The notes beneath the pieces were generated by a model that was not told where the DNA came from, searched no databases, and was given only the letters and a program-made list of their open reading frames with translations. From Babesia bigemina (lineage: Eukaryota): a stretch of DNA of 64,000 nucleotides. Shown piece by piece: positions 21,747-32,718 of this stretch. Position 1 is the first letter of the stretch; each line of letters opens with the position of its first letter. The translations under genes were made by a program, and so were the position numbers. The stretch covers positions 2,604,001 through 2,668,000 of the forward strand of contig NC_027218.1 in NCBI RefSeq assembly GCF_000981445.1, read 5' to 3'.

Positions 21747-24700
21747 TTAAAGAACAAGTTGACCAATAGGGTCCTCGTCGAAGTAGTCGACGTCTTTGTA
21801 TAGTGAAAGCATCTTCCGGCCTTTCGTGAGTAAGGCCTTGACGTCGATGTGGTGGGAAGCTTTAGTGCGAATAAGGTGTGATCGGATGTGGAGCACGTCC
21901 AGACGGTATAGCATCGTGTTGGCGAAGACGAGGAATGCGAGAGACCACATCGCGACGACGGTGAAGATGAATGGCTCCCGGATGCCGTAGAGGAAGTTGT
22001 CCATGCAGGTCATGAGATCTGCGATAGGCTTGCCGGTGATCACATCCTTAAGCTCACAAATGACATCTGAACATGTGAGTGACACCTGCGATCCCACCTC
22101 CGGCGGCGTGATCCCGTGTAGGTAGAGGAGGGGCAGTGCAGTGGAACACAGGTTGAGGGCTGAACACTTGCTGCTGCCACGATGTTTTTGCAAATCGTAG
22201 TACAGCTTTTGAAGTGACTCATGCAATCTGTTCGGCAGGTACACCGTCCAGCTGAGGTAGGTGTGGGCGAAGCTCTGGGAGTACAGGGCGTAGGCCCGGT
22301 AGGTGATGGGCGAGCAATGTTGAGGGCAGCTGTCGGGGTCACTGCCGCAGCCTACCAGTGTGGACAGGGTATGGGGATGGTCTTTGTCGTGGTTGTGATT
22401 GGAGATGGAGTTGAGGGACTCGGCGCCTCGGATGCGACGGACAGCGTCCAAGTCGTGGCGACCAAGATGGTCCCAGTCAGGGTAGTCGGCATGTGACTTG
22501 GTGATGGCAGTGCCTAGTGAGGAAAGTGCTTTCTGATCATAATTGTGCAACTCGATGCCGAAATTATGGAAGAAGGAAAGAAGCTCCCCGGTGGTGCGCG
22601 GCGTCCGCCTGGTGAGGCAGTTGAGGTAGGACGACAATGTGAGCAAGGGGTCACTGCCGCCGCAGCTGGGAGTGAGGATGGAGGAAATGGTGTTGCCAGT
22701 TTGTGAATCATTAGGCAAATCATCCTTCTTGAATCCCATCCTCACCCTGCTCTTGTGGCAGAGGTTGCACGGGTCGAAGAGGTGCGTCTTGAAGTCGCAG
22801 TCCCAGCTGTCAGTCAGGAAGGACTGGAGGGGGGACTTGGAAGCAGTGATGTCGCTGCCGTACTCATCATTTTTCCAACCACCACTTAGTTTATTCCGAT
22901 TACACTGCGACTTCAGGAATTGCAACTGGTGGTGGCAGGCGTACACGTAGTCACGCAGCTGACAGAGGAGACAGGCGGGGTCGGGGGAATAATGAAACTT
23001 ACTATATACTGATTCAAAGTCGGTGGGAGACCAGGCGTTTTTGGAATTCATACGCATTATGCCATTGAGTACGTGTGCTGAGTAGAGACAAGCCTCGGTA
23101 AGGGTGTCGGCGATATGAGATGCGGACAAGGAGGATAGATCCCCGTTGACCTGGAGGGCATACTTAGGGTAGAATGTATCGCCGTTGATTTCATTGAGTA
23201 TATTTTCCATGTGCCTCTCCATTTTGGCAATAAGTCCGTACGCATTGAGACCGACCAGCCAGAAGAGCATGGCCTTGACGTTGGTGGGAGGCGGTAGATG
23301 GTCGGAGTATGGTAAAGGGGGGAGGGTTGATGAGGTGGCAGAATCATAGACGTAATTCCATGGATTGTTGCACATGTTGGGGTTAGGATCCATAGTAAAT
23401 CCGTAATTCTTAAAAACACCTAAATAGTTGGAATGATCGGTGTCTGAATTAGGATCCATGTTTGGAATTGCATAATCTGGCAAGGCAGGTTCTATTGAAT
23501 TTGATGGCGTCTGAGAATTACCTAATTCTTTAAATCCGTATATAATTCTGGAATAATGCGGTTTTTCGATTTCTAAATGGATTGTTGGATGCGGAGGCAT
23601 CGCAGTGTCAAAACCGCCATTGGGCATCGGTAACAGCTGGTTGGATTTCGGAATGGGTGCTCCAGTGACCATTGGTAATGTCGATACCGTCGAATGATCA
23701 GGTGATTCCAGGAGATTAAAGGCAGTCTTGGAAAAAAGTGGTACACCAGTTACGGCTTCGGCAGCCTCTCGTTGTCTTCGGTATTCTACTTCTTTAAAGT
23801 AATTTATGGCATCAAGGGTTCTTTTTATCTCTTGTTGATGCTCTTCCTGTGAGTTATTAATTTTTTCATTTTGTTCTTGATAATGTTGTTCCCACTGCTT
23901 CTGCTTATCCCGCTGTATATTCGTAGCTTGGTCGTACGCCTGTAATTGCACATATCGCTCATGTTCATGTTTACTGGGAGACTCATGCTTAATCTCTTCA
24001 CCATCGAGGTAGTCAACACCAACAACGGGTTCACCGTCGAAACCTGTAGTTATTAATTTTTGTCTTTCTTCCTCTTCTAGAAGGGTTTTAATCTCCTGTA
24101 ACACTTTATTTTCCGAATTTTTCACTTCCTCAACTGATTTTAGGATGTCGTTGGCCTGCATATTGACGTATGCCTGGTGATCTACCTTTTCTTTGATAAG
24201 TTGTCTTTCATCATGAGCTTGAAGTCTGGTTTGCCTATTTTTTTCTTCTTCGTCGAACGACGTATCCGGAATTGCAACACCATCCATTGTCACATCAAAC
24301 GGATCTGAAATGGCATAACCGTCAAGACTATTCAACGGATTGTATCCTCTAGAGATATCATAATCCGCATATGTTGCAGGGTGATTCCCCTTTCCACTCC
24401 ACCTAGGTCGCTGAGGAGTTTGAGGTAATACACCAGGATGATGGCTGTTAGGTTGAAGCGAAAGACCAGGGGAATTAAGACCGCTCGCATTTTGAAGTGC
24501 GGAATGATCTTGCGTTTGTATATTTGGCAGTGTCGGTTGTCCAAATGTTTCTCGTATGTTTTTTTCTTGTACATCCTGCCATATATTATGCAGCTTTTCA
24601 TTTAATGATTGTATCTTTTCTTCCATGTTTTTAGCAGCTTTGTCGTTTCGTTCAGCTTGTTTCTTAAATATATGTGCATTGTTTTTCAACAATTGTCCGT

Positions 24701-26711
24701 AATGTTCCAAAAGTTGTTGTTGGGGAGATAATGTTTTTACCTTTTCTACACCCCCTCCAGCTCCACCGCCACTTTGACCAACACCCAGAGCCGAATCGGC
24801 AATAGCAGATACAGCAGAACTGTCACCTGCACCTGGATGCGTACCTTGAACGCTTCGTTGAGCAGCGCCAGAAGCACCCGCCTGCCCACCCAGGCCCTTA
24901 TCACTACTGGAACCAGGGACACCAGTTGACTGAGGGCCTGGAGATTGAGCAGTTGGAGGTTGATGAGACGCAGGGACTTGAGCGCCAGCAAGCTGTTGAC
25001 TTGTAAGACTACCGCCATTTGTACCTTTACTCGTATCACCTTGCTGACCAGCGCCAGAAAGGCCCTGACCACCATTGTTACCAGATCCACCAGATGACGC
25101 AGTGCCTGGTGATGGAGCACCTGGAGTCTGAGGATGCCCAGTTGATGAAGATCCACCAACCTTTAGACCCGCACCACCACCGCCATTTGCACTCCCACCC
25201 CCGCCACTGGGCTGACTAGGGGAGGCAGGGGCTGCAGGAGTAATGGGAGGAGGGGCGTGAGGTGAGGTCACAGGCGAATCTAGAGATGCAGTCTGTTGGG
25301 ATTTAACAGTTGGTTTCCCTGGTGAAGCGGCAGGCTCTGGAGACACTGAACCACCAGGCCCTTTCTTGCCTCGATCACCTTGAGACCCTGGCGCTCCTGC
25401 ACTACCGGTAGGCGGAGATGAAGATGTGCCGACAGATGAAGTTCCAGGTTTTGCTCCACTTTGACTAGTATTTTGATTTGTACTTCCTCCAGCATTCTTA
25501 GCTTGGGGCTTCGTAACCTCAGTTTTGGTGGCCACGGGCTTTGCAGCCTCCGTTTTAGTGGCTTCGGTTTTGGTGACAAGGGGTTGACATGAGTTTCTGT
25601 ATGTTCCATCCAAAATATCTTTAAGCTTTCCCAGCAGTCCATCTAGCTGGCGGAACATTTGAAGTATTCGATCCCATTTATTTAAATTCGGAGGCTTGTG
25701 CCACACGTTCCATTTGCTCCCGTCAAAAATGAACCCATGGGTATAGAGGTGATCCTTGGCAAATGATCGAAGTGTAGATATATCAGCAGTATGAGGTATC
25801 ATGTCTTTCAATACGTTTGCAGCAGCCGGCAAATTCCCACTAAACCACTTCGCGGCCTCAGTAGCTAATTTAACATGCTCTTTAGGTATGCTAGCTCTAC
25901 CCGTAAAAGAAAATCCTGCTCCCGTCAGCGTATCGATGTGTTCTTTCAGAAGTTGACAATGACTTTTTAAATCTTGCCAACATATTGTGCGTCCAAGTCC
26001 CTTCTCTAACGCCGTTTTAAACGCCCCGCCGTCAAGTTCCGTCCTCTTGGTAACCAACTGGCAAAATGTGTACACCAGAAGTACAGTGTTCCCAGTGTTG
26101 AAGGTATTCCACTCTTTTCCCAAAGTTGTCAATATAACATTTCGAAAATGATCATGCACTCCCTTTCCTCTACCATCACGCTCCTTATTCAAAATTTTTT
26201 TTAAATCCTCTACTAGTCTGCTACCCTGTACATTATTAAGCTCTCCGGCACTGAATCCTCCGGCAAGAATGTTATTCCTATTAGTCAAAAACGTTTGAAA
26301 ATCTCCGGACTTGATGGACTTTGTAGCCCATCCCCCACCTCCAACATTGCTAAACGCTTCGTCCACGTGGTACTGTATGAAAGAAAGCGCAGCAAGCAAC
26401 TTAGGAGTGCATTCTAAAAGAGCTTCGAGAATATGCTTTCGATCACGTGTTGTTACTTTATAAGTGCCCAGCATCGTAACTTCCGCAGATAATGTTTTAT
26501 ATAGCAGCGAGACATTTGCAAGAAATTTAAAAAATTCCTTTTGCAATGGGCCTTTAAGTCCGGACATTTGCGGAAAATAAGGCGTCAATCTTTGAACAAA
26601 CTCAGTTACCACATCTTTCTTTGGACCTCCACCGTTATTCAACCACTCAAAGAACTCAAAGCAGTGCTTAAGAGTGGTGAGCCGAATTTTCGCCATCCTT
26701 TCCACTTCCAA
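21747..26711 (-). CDS. ves/VESA1-like variant erythrocyte surface antigen, 1654 aa
   Basis: ves-type N-terminus (LTTLKHCFEFFEWL..GGGGW), central G/S/P/Q low-complexity and Q/E/K coiled-coil region, and a conserved Cys-containing C-terminal domain. TM FIFTVVAMWSLAFLVF with tail YRLDVLHIRSHL..SHHIDVKALL. No signal peptide. Confidence 0.85.
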   Translation of the reverse strand: MEVERMAKIRLTTLKHCFEFFEWLNNGGGPKKDVVTEFVQRLTPYFPQMSGLKGPLQKEFFKFLANVSLLYKTLSAEVTMLGTYKVTTRDRKHILEALLECTPKLLAALSFIQYHVDEAFSNVGGGGWATKSIKSGDFQTFLTNRNNILAGGFSAGELNNVQGSRLVEDLKKILNKERDGRGKGVHDHFRNVILTTLGKEWNTFNTGNTVLLVYTFCQLVTKRTELDGGAFKTALEKGLGRTICWQDLKSHCQLLKEHIDTLTGAGFSFTGRASIPKEHVKLATEAAKWFSGNLPAAANVLKDMIPHTADISTLRSFAKDHLYTHGFIFDGSKWNVWHKPPNLNKWDRILQMFRQLDGLLGKLKDILDGTYRNSCQPLVTKTEATKTEAAKPVATKTEVTKPQAKNAGGSTNQNTSQSGAKPGTSSVGTSSSPPTGSAGAPGSQGDRGKKGPGGSVSPEPAASPGKPTVKSQQTASLDSPVTSPHAPPPITPAAPASPSQPSGGGGSANGGGGAGLKVGGSSSTGHPQTPGAPSPGTASSGGSGNNGGQGLSGAGQQGDTSKGTNGGSLTSQQLAGAQVPASHQPPTAQSPGPQSTGVPGSSSDKGLGGQAGASGAAQRSVQGTHPGAGDSSAVSAIADSALGVGQSGGGAGGGVEKVKTLSPQQQLLEHYGQLLKNNAHIFKKQAERNDKAAKNMEEKIQSLNEKLHNIWQDVQEKNIRETFGQPTLPNIQTQDHSALQNASGLNSPGLSLQPNSHHPGVLPQTPQRPRWSGKGNHPATYADYDISRGYNPLNSLDGYAISDPFDVTMDGVAIPDTSFDEEEKNRQTRLQAHDERQLIKEKVDHQAYVNMQANDILKSVEEVKNSENKVLQEIKTLLEEEERQKLITTGFDGEPVVGVDYLDGEEIKHESPSKHEHERYVQLQAYDQATNIQRDKQKQWEQHYQEQNEKINNSQEEHQQEIKRTLDAINYFKEVEYRRQREAAEAVTGVPLFSKTAFNLLESPDHSTVSTLPMVTGAPIPKSNQLLPMPNGGFDTAMPPHPTIHLEIEKPHYSRIIYGFKELGNSQTPSNSIEPALPDYAIPNMDPNSDTDHSNYLGVFKNYGFTMDPNPNMCNNPWNYVYDSATSSTLPPLPYSDHLPPPTNVKAMLFWLVGLNAYGLIAKMERHMENILNEINGDTFYPKYALQVNGDLSSLSASHIADTLTEACLYSAHVLNGIMRMNSKNAWSPTDFESVYSKFHYSPDPACLLCQLRDYVYACHHQLQFLKSQCNRNKLSGGWKNDEYGSDITASKSPLQSFLTDSWDCDFKTHLFDPCNLCHKSRVRMGFKKDDLPNDSQTGNTISSILTPSCGGSDPLLTLSSYLNCLTRRTPRTTGELLSFFHNFGIELHNYDQKALSSLGTAITKSHADYPDWDHLGRHDLDAVRRIRGAESLNSISNHNHDKDHPHTLSTLVGCGSDPDSCPQHCSPITYRAYALYSQSFAHTYLSWTVYLPNRLHESLQKLYYDLQKHRGSSKCSALNLCSTALPLLYLHGITPPEVGSQVSLTCSDVICELKDVITGKPIADLMTCMDNFLYGIREPFIFTVVAMWSLAFLVFANTMLYRLDVLHIRSHLIRTKASHHIDVKALLTKGRKMLSLYKDVDYFDEDPIGQLVL

Positions 26712-28082
26712 TGATTCAATAAGCTAATTCTACAGAACAGCAAAGTTGGCATTCAGATTATGTTGACCAGGACACAGCAAGGGGGTCAGAGCTCTGTCGC
26801 TATTCCCCTTACTAAACACCCTATCCAATCCATTTAGTGCACTAGGTGAAAAGGCTACAAAGCGCCAAGCTGAGTGGCAGAGGTATGTCACGGCGCAAAA
26901 GCCTAACACGACAAGCGTGGAACCGCAGCCAATCACTTGTCCACTCCGCCCTCGTAGACAACATGACAGACTGAAACGATACCACCATCCCACCTACCTG
27001 AGAAGGGAAGGCAGCACGTCTATGTATTTGGCAAGATTGTATCGTGACTGGCATGAACGGCTGGAGCACGGAGCACTCCATGAGGGTTCCGGGCGGAATA
27101 TAGGATGCCTACCCTCACCCCGCATTGTCACGCCTCTGCAGCGTCTCACATCGGCGTTTTGCGAACATTAGGGCACCCACAATGCAGCGTGCCTCTGTCG
27201 CCCGGATAGACACCAGTGCCTCATTTTAGCATCACCCCAATGGCCACTTGAGATTGCGGACATTACCCCACTTTGCCCTGGCCAAACGAGGTGCATATTA
27301 TATATTGCTGCATCAATCGATGCACGAAGTTTTTGCATTCCAATGCTACATCTGTTCGTAATATTGTCACAGCGACAACGTCGCCCACTATACCCCCTCA
27401 CTCACAGTCCAGCAGCATTGCACCATAATACAGATGACGTTGCCAACTTCAGCTAAGGACTTAGCTCACTCACTAAGTAGACAATCCATTGGCAGTAGTC
27501 CCATTATTAAGACATTCGTGATGTTTAGACTAAATCACTATTGCTGCTAACTCTTCACATGCCGACCACATTGCTCTCACCCCGTATTGAGCTGAGGGGC
27601 ATAGAGAGTGTTTCACTGGCTTTCGCCACTCACCCCATTTTCCAAATCTTGGTCATCGTCATCTGATTCTGAGCTTCTCACTATGAAGCATTGTCTGATA
27701 TCCTCCTACCATGCCATCAGGCCGTGAGCTAGTGGCTTAGTCCGATGGTGCCGAGGATCCAACGCTTTGAAATTGTTGGAATGCCTCACTGCGACGTTAC
27801 ATATCATTTGATTATGCGCATCGTATATACAATGATCGGGTAACGATACCTTTTTAGGATATTCCTCCGGTTGGCTGACCTGGCTAGGCAGTTACTGCCG
27901 GTAATTGCTAAAGAAAATTGGACTACCGAAACCCATATCTAGACTTCACCAAGTGTTCATTGTTATGTGTAAGTTACGTTGCCGATGTTTCAGTTTGTGA
28001 GCAATTGAGCTAGCCACTGTATCCCATCTTCTCACTTTAGAAGTGCAAAATGTAGAGCAAATGCGTAACGGTACGTAAATAG

Positions 28083-28365
28083 ATTTCACCTCATTACAAC
28101 GCTAACGGAGTACTACGCCACTCATACACGACTTAGATAACAGCGGACAAAGCAGCCAAATCAGCACCAGCATTTACCGCATTCTGCCATAAGCTAATGC
28201 CACCATTAAAGACAAACCAACAGCTCGACCAACACGAACTATGACAATTAAATTGCCTAATCGAAATACGAGTTACCAAATGTGAGTTCAGTATTACTTG
28301 GCGTAGTAATCCTCGATCTGTTTTGTGGAGAGAACGACGCCCTTGATAGTGACGCAGCGACACTC
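28083..28365 (-). pseudogene. 3'-terminal remnant and 3' flank of a 6-Cys-like paralogue
   Basis: ECRCVTIKGVVLSTKQIEDYYAK* matches the end of 268-3111 (ECRCVTVKGIVLSTIQIENYYSKE). About 200 nt of flank (28083-28293) matches ~60-267 in the same orientation. No long ORF upstream. Confidence 0.8.
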
Positions 28366-29896
28366 TGCCCTATCAGGAGACACCTCTCTGCAACTCAAGA
28401 CATACAACAAACGGGACATAATACAAGCACAGTTACAAAAGACTAGTATCACTAGTCTGGAAATGAAAACAACAAACAAAAAAATCTGGTGAAGCTGAAG
28501 ACGTGCAAGATGCGGATTTCGAAGGAGCTGGTGAAGCTCAGAGGGAGGCGTTCACGTAACAAATAAGATACGATCTGGTATTTCTGTGATAGGGTATGTG
28601 ATTCCTGGATATTATTACCACTTATTGAATTGCCCTTGTTGCCGGACAGGGTGGATGCGAACACACGGCACCAATAGCGTTCGGCAACGAACCGACGTGG
28701 ATCCCGCATCGCATACGAAAAGGGTGCACGTAATAAGTTACTAACAGGTGCAAAAGGGGTTGCGAAATAAACGTCAGGCGTAGAATACTGTTTAACTTGA
28801 AACAGCCTTAACCTCATAATGACGGTGCTTGCCATGCCGACAGCATTCTGTGTCACTACAGCTCCTTGGAAGCTGTGCGTGTAGTAGTAACTTCAGCCAA
28901 TGAAGTGAAATGCCAACACGTCTTGATGTGCCTTCGAGTTGCTATCTGTAATGCAAAACATTTGAAGGCGTCAGATGCTTGTTTGTATACAAGCTCACAA
29001 TTTAGAAAACCTGCAACGCCCATAACATCCAACATTAAATAACGTGTAGTACCTAGCCTTAATATTCAGTAGCTCCAGTAATGTTGATGAGCAATGTCCG
29101 GCAGTCCATGTCAAGCCACGCTAGACACGGGGGCAGGTCATACAAAGACACCTTAATGCGATGGTTATATATAAAGCATGCATGATAATATGCTTTGTTG
29201 TGATGCAGTGACTCAAATTGGCAATTGCGAAGTGTAAGCTTCTAGCTAATAGCGGATTCAGTAACAGCCCACATAATGATGGGATGGGCAACAACAACAG
29301 CTCGAAATCTTCATATTGGGATGACAATCAATAATACGATGGCAAACATGTTGAGAAGTGGTGAGTCGCCGAAGCAGGTGAACAGCGTTCGAAAAAACTC
29401 AGTTCAACGTGGGGTTTGACACCATCACGGTTGGGATTTGCATCTCAGTGTAACATTGAGTGATAAGGATTAACGACAAAACGTTATGTGAGACGCTATG
29501 CATAGTATTGTTATCATTTCTAAGTTGAGAAAACAAAAATTGCCTACTGAAGTGAGACGCCGTTTTTTGGGTAGCATAATATGCGTGCCGGACGACAGGT
29601 GGGGCCAATAATCCAGCAGCATCGCAATCATTTTAATGATCCATCACGAATGCAACATGGACAGTGATTAATACAGTGCGTCCATTTCTTTTGGAGTCTA
29701 AGAACCTGCAATACATTTGCTCAGGTATATGTGAGGCAAGGTAAGCATTCTACATATACCCCCCCTATGGGACTGGTATCTCTGTACTGCATGACACGCG
29801 GCTGTGGTATGGCTGCCGGCAGACGGGTGTCGGTAGCTTGGCCCTGCGGGAACAGATTGGCGGTTATAGCGGTAAGGGTGCGTATTCGTGTAGTTG

Positions 29897-29932
29897 GTGA
29901 GTGCGTTGCTTAAGTGACTGATATTTTAGCAG
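29897..29932 (+). other. Putative 36-nt 5'UTR intron of Cys-rich gene B2
   Basis: gtgagtgcgttgcttaagtgactgatattttagcag. An in-frame TGA lies between the acceptor and the ATG at 29956, so the upstream exon is non-coding. Confidence 0.55.
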
Positions 29933-29955
29933 GTTGAGGGGACTGGGAGGGGAAG

Positions 29956-30444
29956 ATGTCTTATGAAGGGAAGTTGTGCCCGAAATGTAATAATGAATGT
30001 CGATCGCTGCAGGTGTGTAATTGTTGCTTCTGGTGTTGTATAGAATGCCGAGATAATGATTGCACATACTGTAAAAACTTCTATTATGAGCGCGAAACAG
30101 GCACCTTAAGCGACCACTGCCAACCACCGGAATGTAAGAAACAATGTAATAAGTGTAAGAAGCCAAACTGTGAATGTCCATGTTGCCGACTGAGACGCTC
30201 TAAATTCGCTCCATCGCAATCCACCTATTCTGACACTACGCAATATGTAACATCTGAGCAAACTTATTCTTCTGCGCGGTCGTTCGCCCATGACAGCTAC
30301 TCCCCCAACGTCCTTCCCATCATCATCGCCGTCGTCGCCCTCATCATCTCCGTATGCGTCATGATCGGCTTCCGCATTCGACCGTTCCACAGGGTCCGCG
30401 ATTTCTGCGCCCGAAAAATGAACGGTTTGCGGAGGACTCATTGA
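29956..30444 (+). CDS. Small Cys/Lys-rich protein with C-terminal TM (family member B2), 162 aa
   Basis: CNCCFWCCIEC..CKKQCNKCKKPNCECPCC, Ser/Thr/Tyr linker, TM VLPIIIAVVALIISVCVMIGF, tail RIRPFHRVRDFC. The 3' flank resembles that of 7195-7593. Confidence 0.8.
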   Translation: MSYEGKLCPKCNNECRSLQVCNCCFWCCIECRDNDCTYCKNFYYERETGTLSDHCQPPECKKQCNKCKKPNCECPCCRLRRSKFAPSQSTYSDTTQYVTSEQTYSSARSFAHDSYSPNVLPIIIAVVALIISVCVMIGFRIRPFHRVRDFCARKMNGLRRTH

Positions 30445-31592
30445 TAAGCTCCAACAATTTCAATTATCGCACTTATAACCCATCACTTTGGACTAATGGC
30501 GCAATGCTTTTTTGATAACGTATTCTCGATCGTTACATAATTACGCATCGTAAGACACGCAGCTATACGTTCACGGATTATGTCATGACATAGCATCCGA
30601 TGCGCAATGACCAGTTAAACGGGACCTATCAAGACGAGATCTTGGACGCTTTCCACATGCGCTCGCACAGTATATCATTTATACACGTGTGTTTGATTGC
30701 TGCCTGGATGACGCCAGTGCCTATCTACCTAACCACATAACAGCAAGCTCGTAGACAATGTAGTTGACGTGTCATGTTTTCGACCCACCTTTTTATTATT
30801 CTGCATCACCGTGTTATATACCTGCATTAAGAATTTGGCGATACCATACGACGACGCGTTCCAATGCCACAATCCAATTATCTTTCATAAATCCAACGAG
30901 CCCATACAGTTTTCATACAGCGATATAACATTTCTCACCAATACACTAATTATATGCAGGAACAACACTTACAATTTGTGCGTAGGTTACTACCACATCA
31001 CAACCGAAGATGAATAGATAAAGCTAAGATGTCGCTGTAACCCAAACACCCAACATGAGTTTTGTTTCTTGATGAAACACATCATTATAAAACCTTAGTA
31101 GAATCCACCGAAGTTACTAATCCAAAATTAGTCTCTGCTCAGCATAACCTCACAGACACGCCAAGCCAGTTAGTTACGCCATGATCAATATATCTGTTCG
31201 GCTTAGTATATTTAGCCAATTCCTCGAAAAGGGAGCGTTGTCGCTTATATATGGAACAATCAAATGATACTTTTGATTTCATCTGTCAGATTGTATATTC
31301 TGTGTTGTGGCTGCGCATGATTCGCGCTGGTTTTAGGGATTAGACGGATGACGAAATGAATGACTACAGTACATAAATTATGACCTATTAACGCATGATA
31401 TACTGTTACAACAACTTGCTACTTTTTATACGTGCGTTAATTTAAGTTTATAGTGCCCTGTTTACAGTGGTGTGTCATCTTCACCAATCATGATTAGTCA
31501 CAGCGTATTGCCTCCGGAACGATTTAGTTGCACTAATGACGCGCCAATATGGTGAAAAGTAGTCAAACCATATACTCTAAAAGACGCGTATC

Positions 31593-32307
31593 ATGAGTAA
31601 CATTTTTCACCACCCTGCAGTAGAGCAGCAGCCTTCCACTGCGCGGAACATGGAATCCAGCAGCGAATCCGTACCACACATTTGCATCTGCCATTACCTT
31701 TTTGTTTCGTTTTACAATGGTGTCGTTCAAAAACCGGTTTATGTCTGTAAACTCGTGGGTTCAGGGGTGTGTTCGTTATTACACATCAGGAACCAGCACG
31801 CGAAGCTGCGGCGCCAACTGGACAGGCTGCATCGGCAAATCGCAAAGGAAATAAAACTTGTATGTGTGTTGCAAATGCATCCCTCTAAGCAGTTGCAGCG
31901 TGTCAAGGTGGCCCGCAACGAGCTGGCGCAATGCGACTATTCGCGTGTGCTCTCAAATGCCAAGAATGCCCTCGTGGTGGGCGTGCTGTAAAACACCTCT
32001 TATTTTCACAGACCTATAGCACCGCTATTATCAACGGCGCAACTCGCGGCACGGAATCCGTTTCTGTAACAGGTAGTGTTGACCGTCCTTTATGCAGCCT
32101 GTGTTAGACAAGTCACTGGCAAAGCAGAAGGTCCTCTGTTCCCAGAGCGAGAAGAAAAGCCGCTCATCAACTTTCAAGAAGGAAGAATCTGAATTCAACA
32201 ACTTCATCAATGGATTAATCCGGCGAGTGGACAAGTGTGCCGAGGTCCATCGGAAGGCCGATACTTACGACGAGGACATTCTCGATGCCCTATGTGCCAC
32301 AAAGTGA
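31593..32307 (+). CDS. Hypothetical multi-exon coiled-coil protein
   Basis: Helical, charged segments (NQHAKLRRQLDRLHRQIAKE; KKEESEFNNFINGLIRRVDKCAEVHRKADTYDEDILDALC). Splice structure not resolved. Confidence 0.4.
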
Positions 32308-32718
32308 AACACAATATTCGAATGTACTAAACTTTTAATTTTTACTGCACCTATAACGCTACTGGTGTGACTTAACAGGCCGCGGTTACGCGTTGCACTC
32401 CGGTCACGTTGGAAGGCAGCGCACGCTTTGCGACAATTTTCAATACCTTCCAATCGCAAAATATACATTTTATTAAACTTATGTTTTCTGAGGCACTTAA
32501 AGTCTATCGTCAGCCTCGGGATTGCAGTATATTGCCATGGATACCTTCCGAACATTTTGACCGCACTTTTTACCTCATTTTGGGCTTCGTTGGTGGAATC
32601 CTTGTGCCACAGCGAATATTGGCGCTGTGCATACGGTGTGTTGTTCTTCGGTGATTCCAGCCGCCTAAGTTAGCTCGGTTATATCGGCCCTGTAGGATAC
32701 CGTAGCTGCTCCACCACC

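Larger units (their letters stand above)
20265..22823 (-). repeat. Segmental duplication copy 2 (inverted relative to 3997-6565)
   Basis: Reverse-complement similarity across the ves 3' region, the intergenic DNA, and the Cys-rich gene 3' end and flank. Confidence 0.85.

Noticed and set aside
26800..28050. Long ORF-poor region upstream of the ves gene as a possible ncRNA or partner ves gene
   Set aside because: No divergent ves ORF or recognisable structured RNA is visible.
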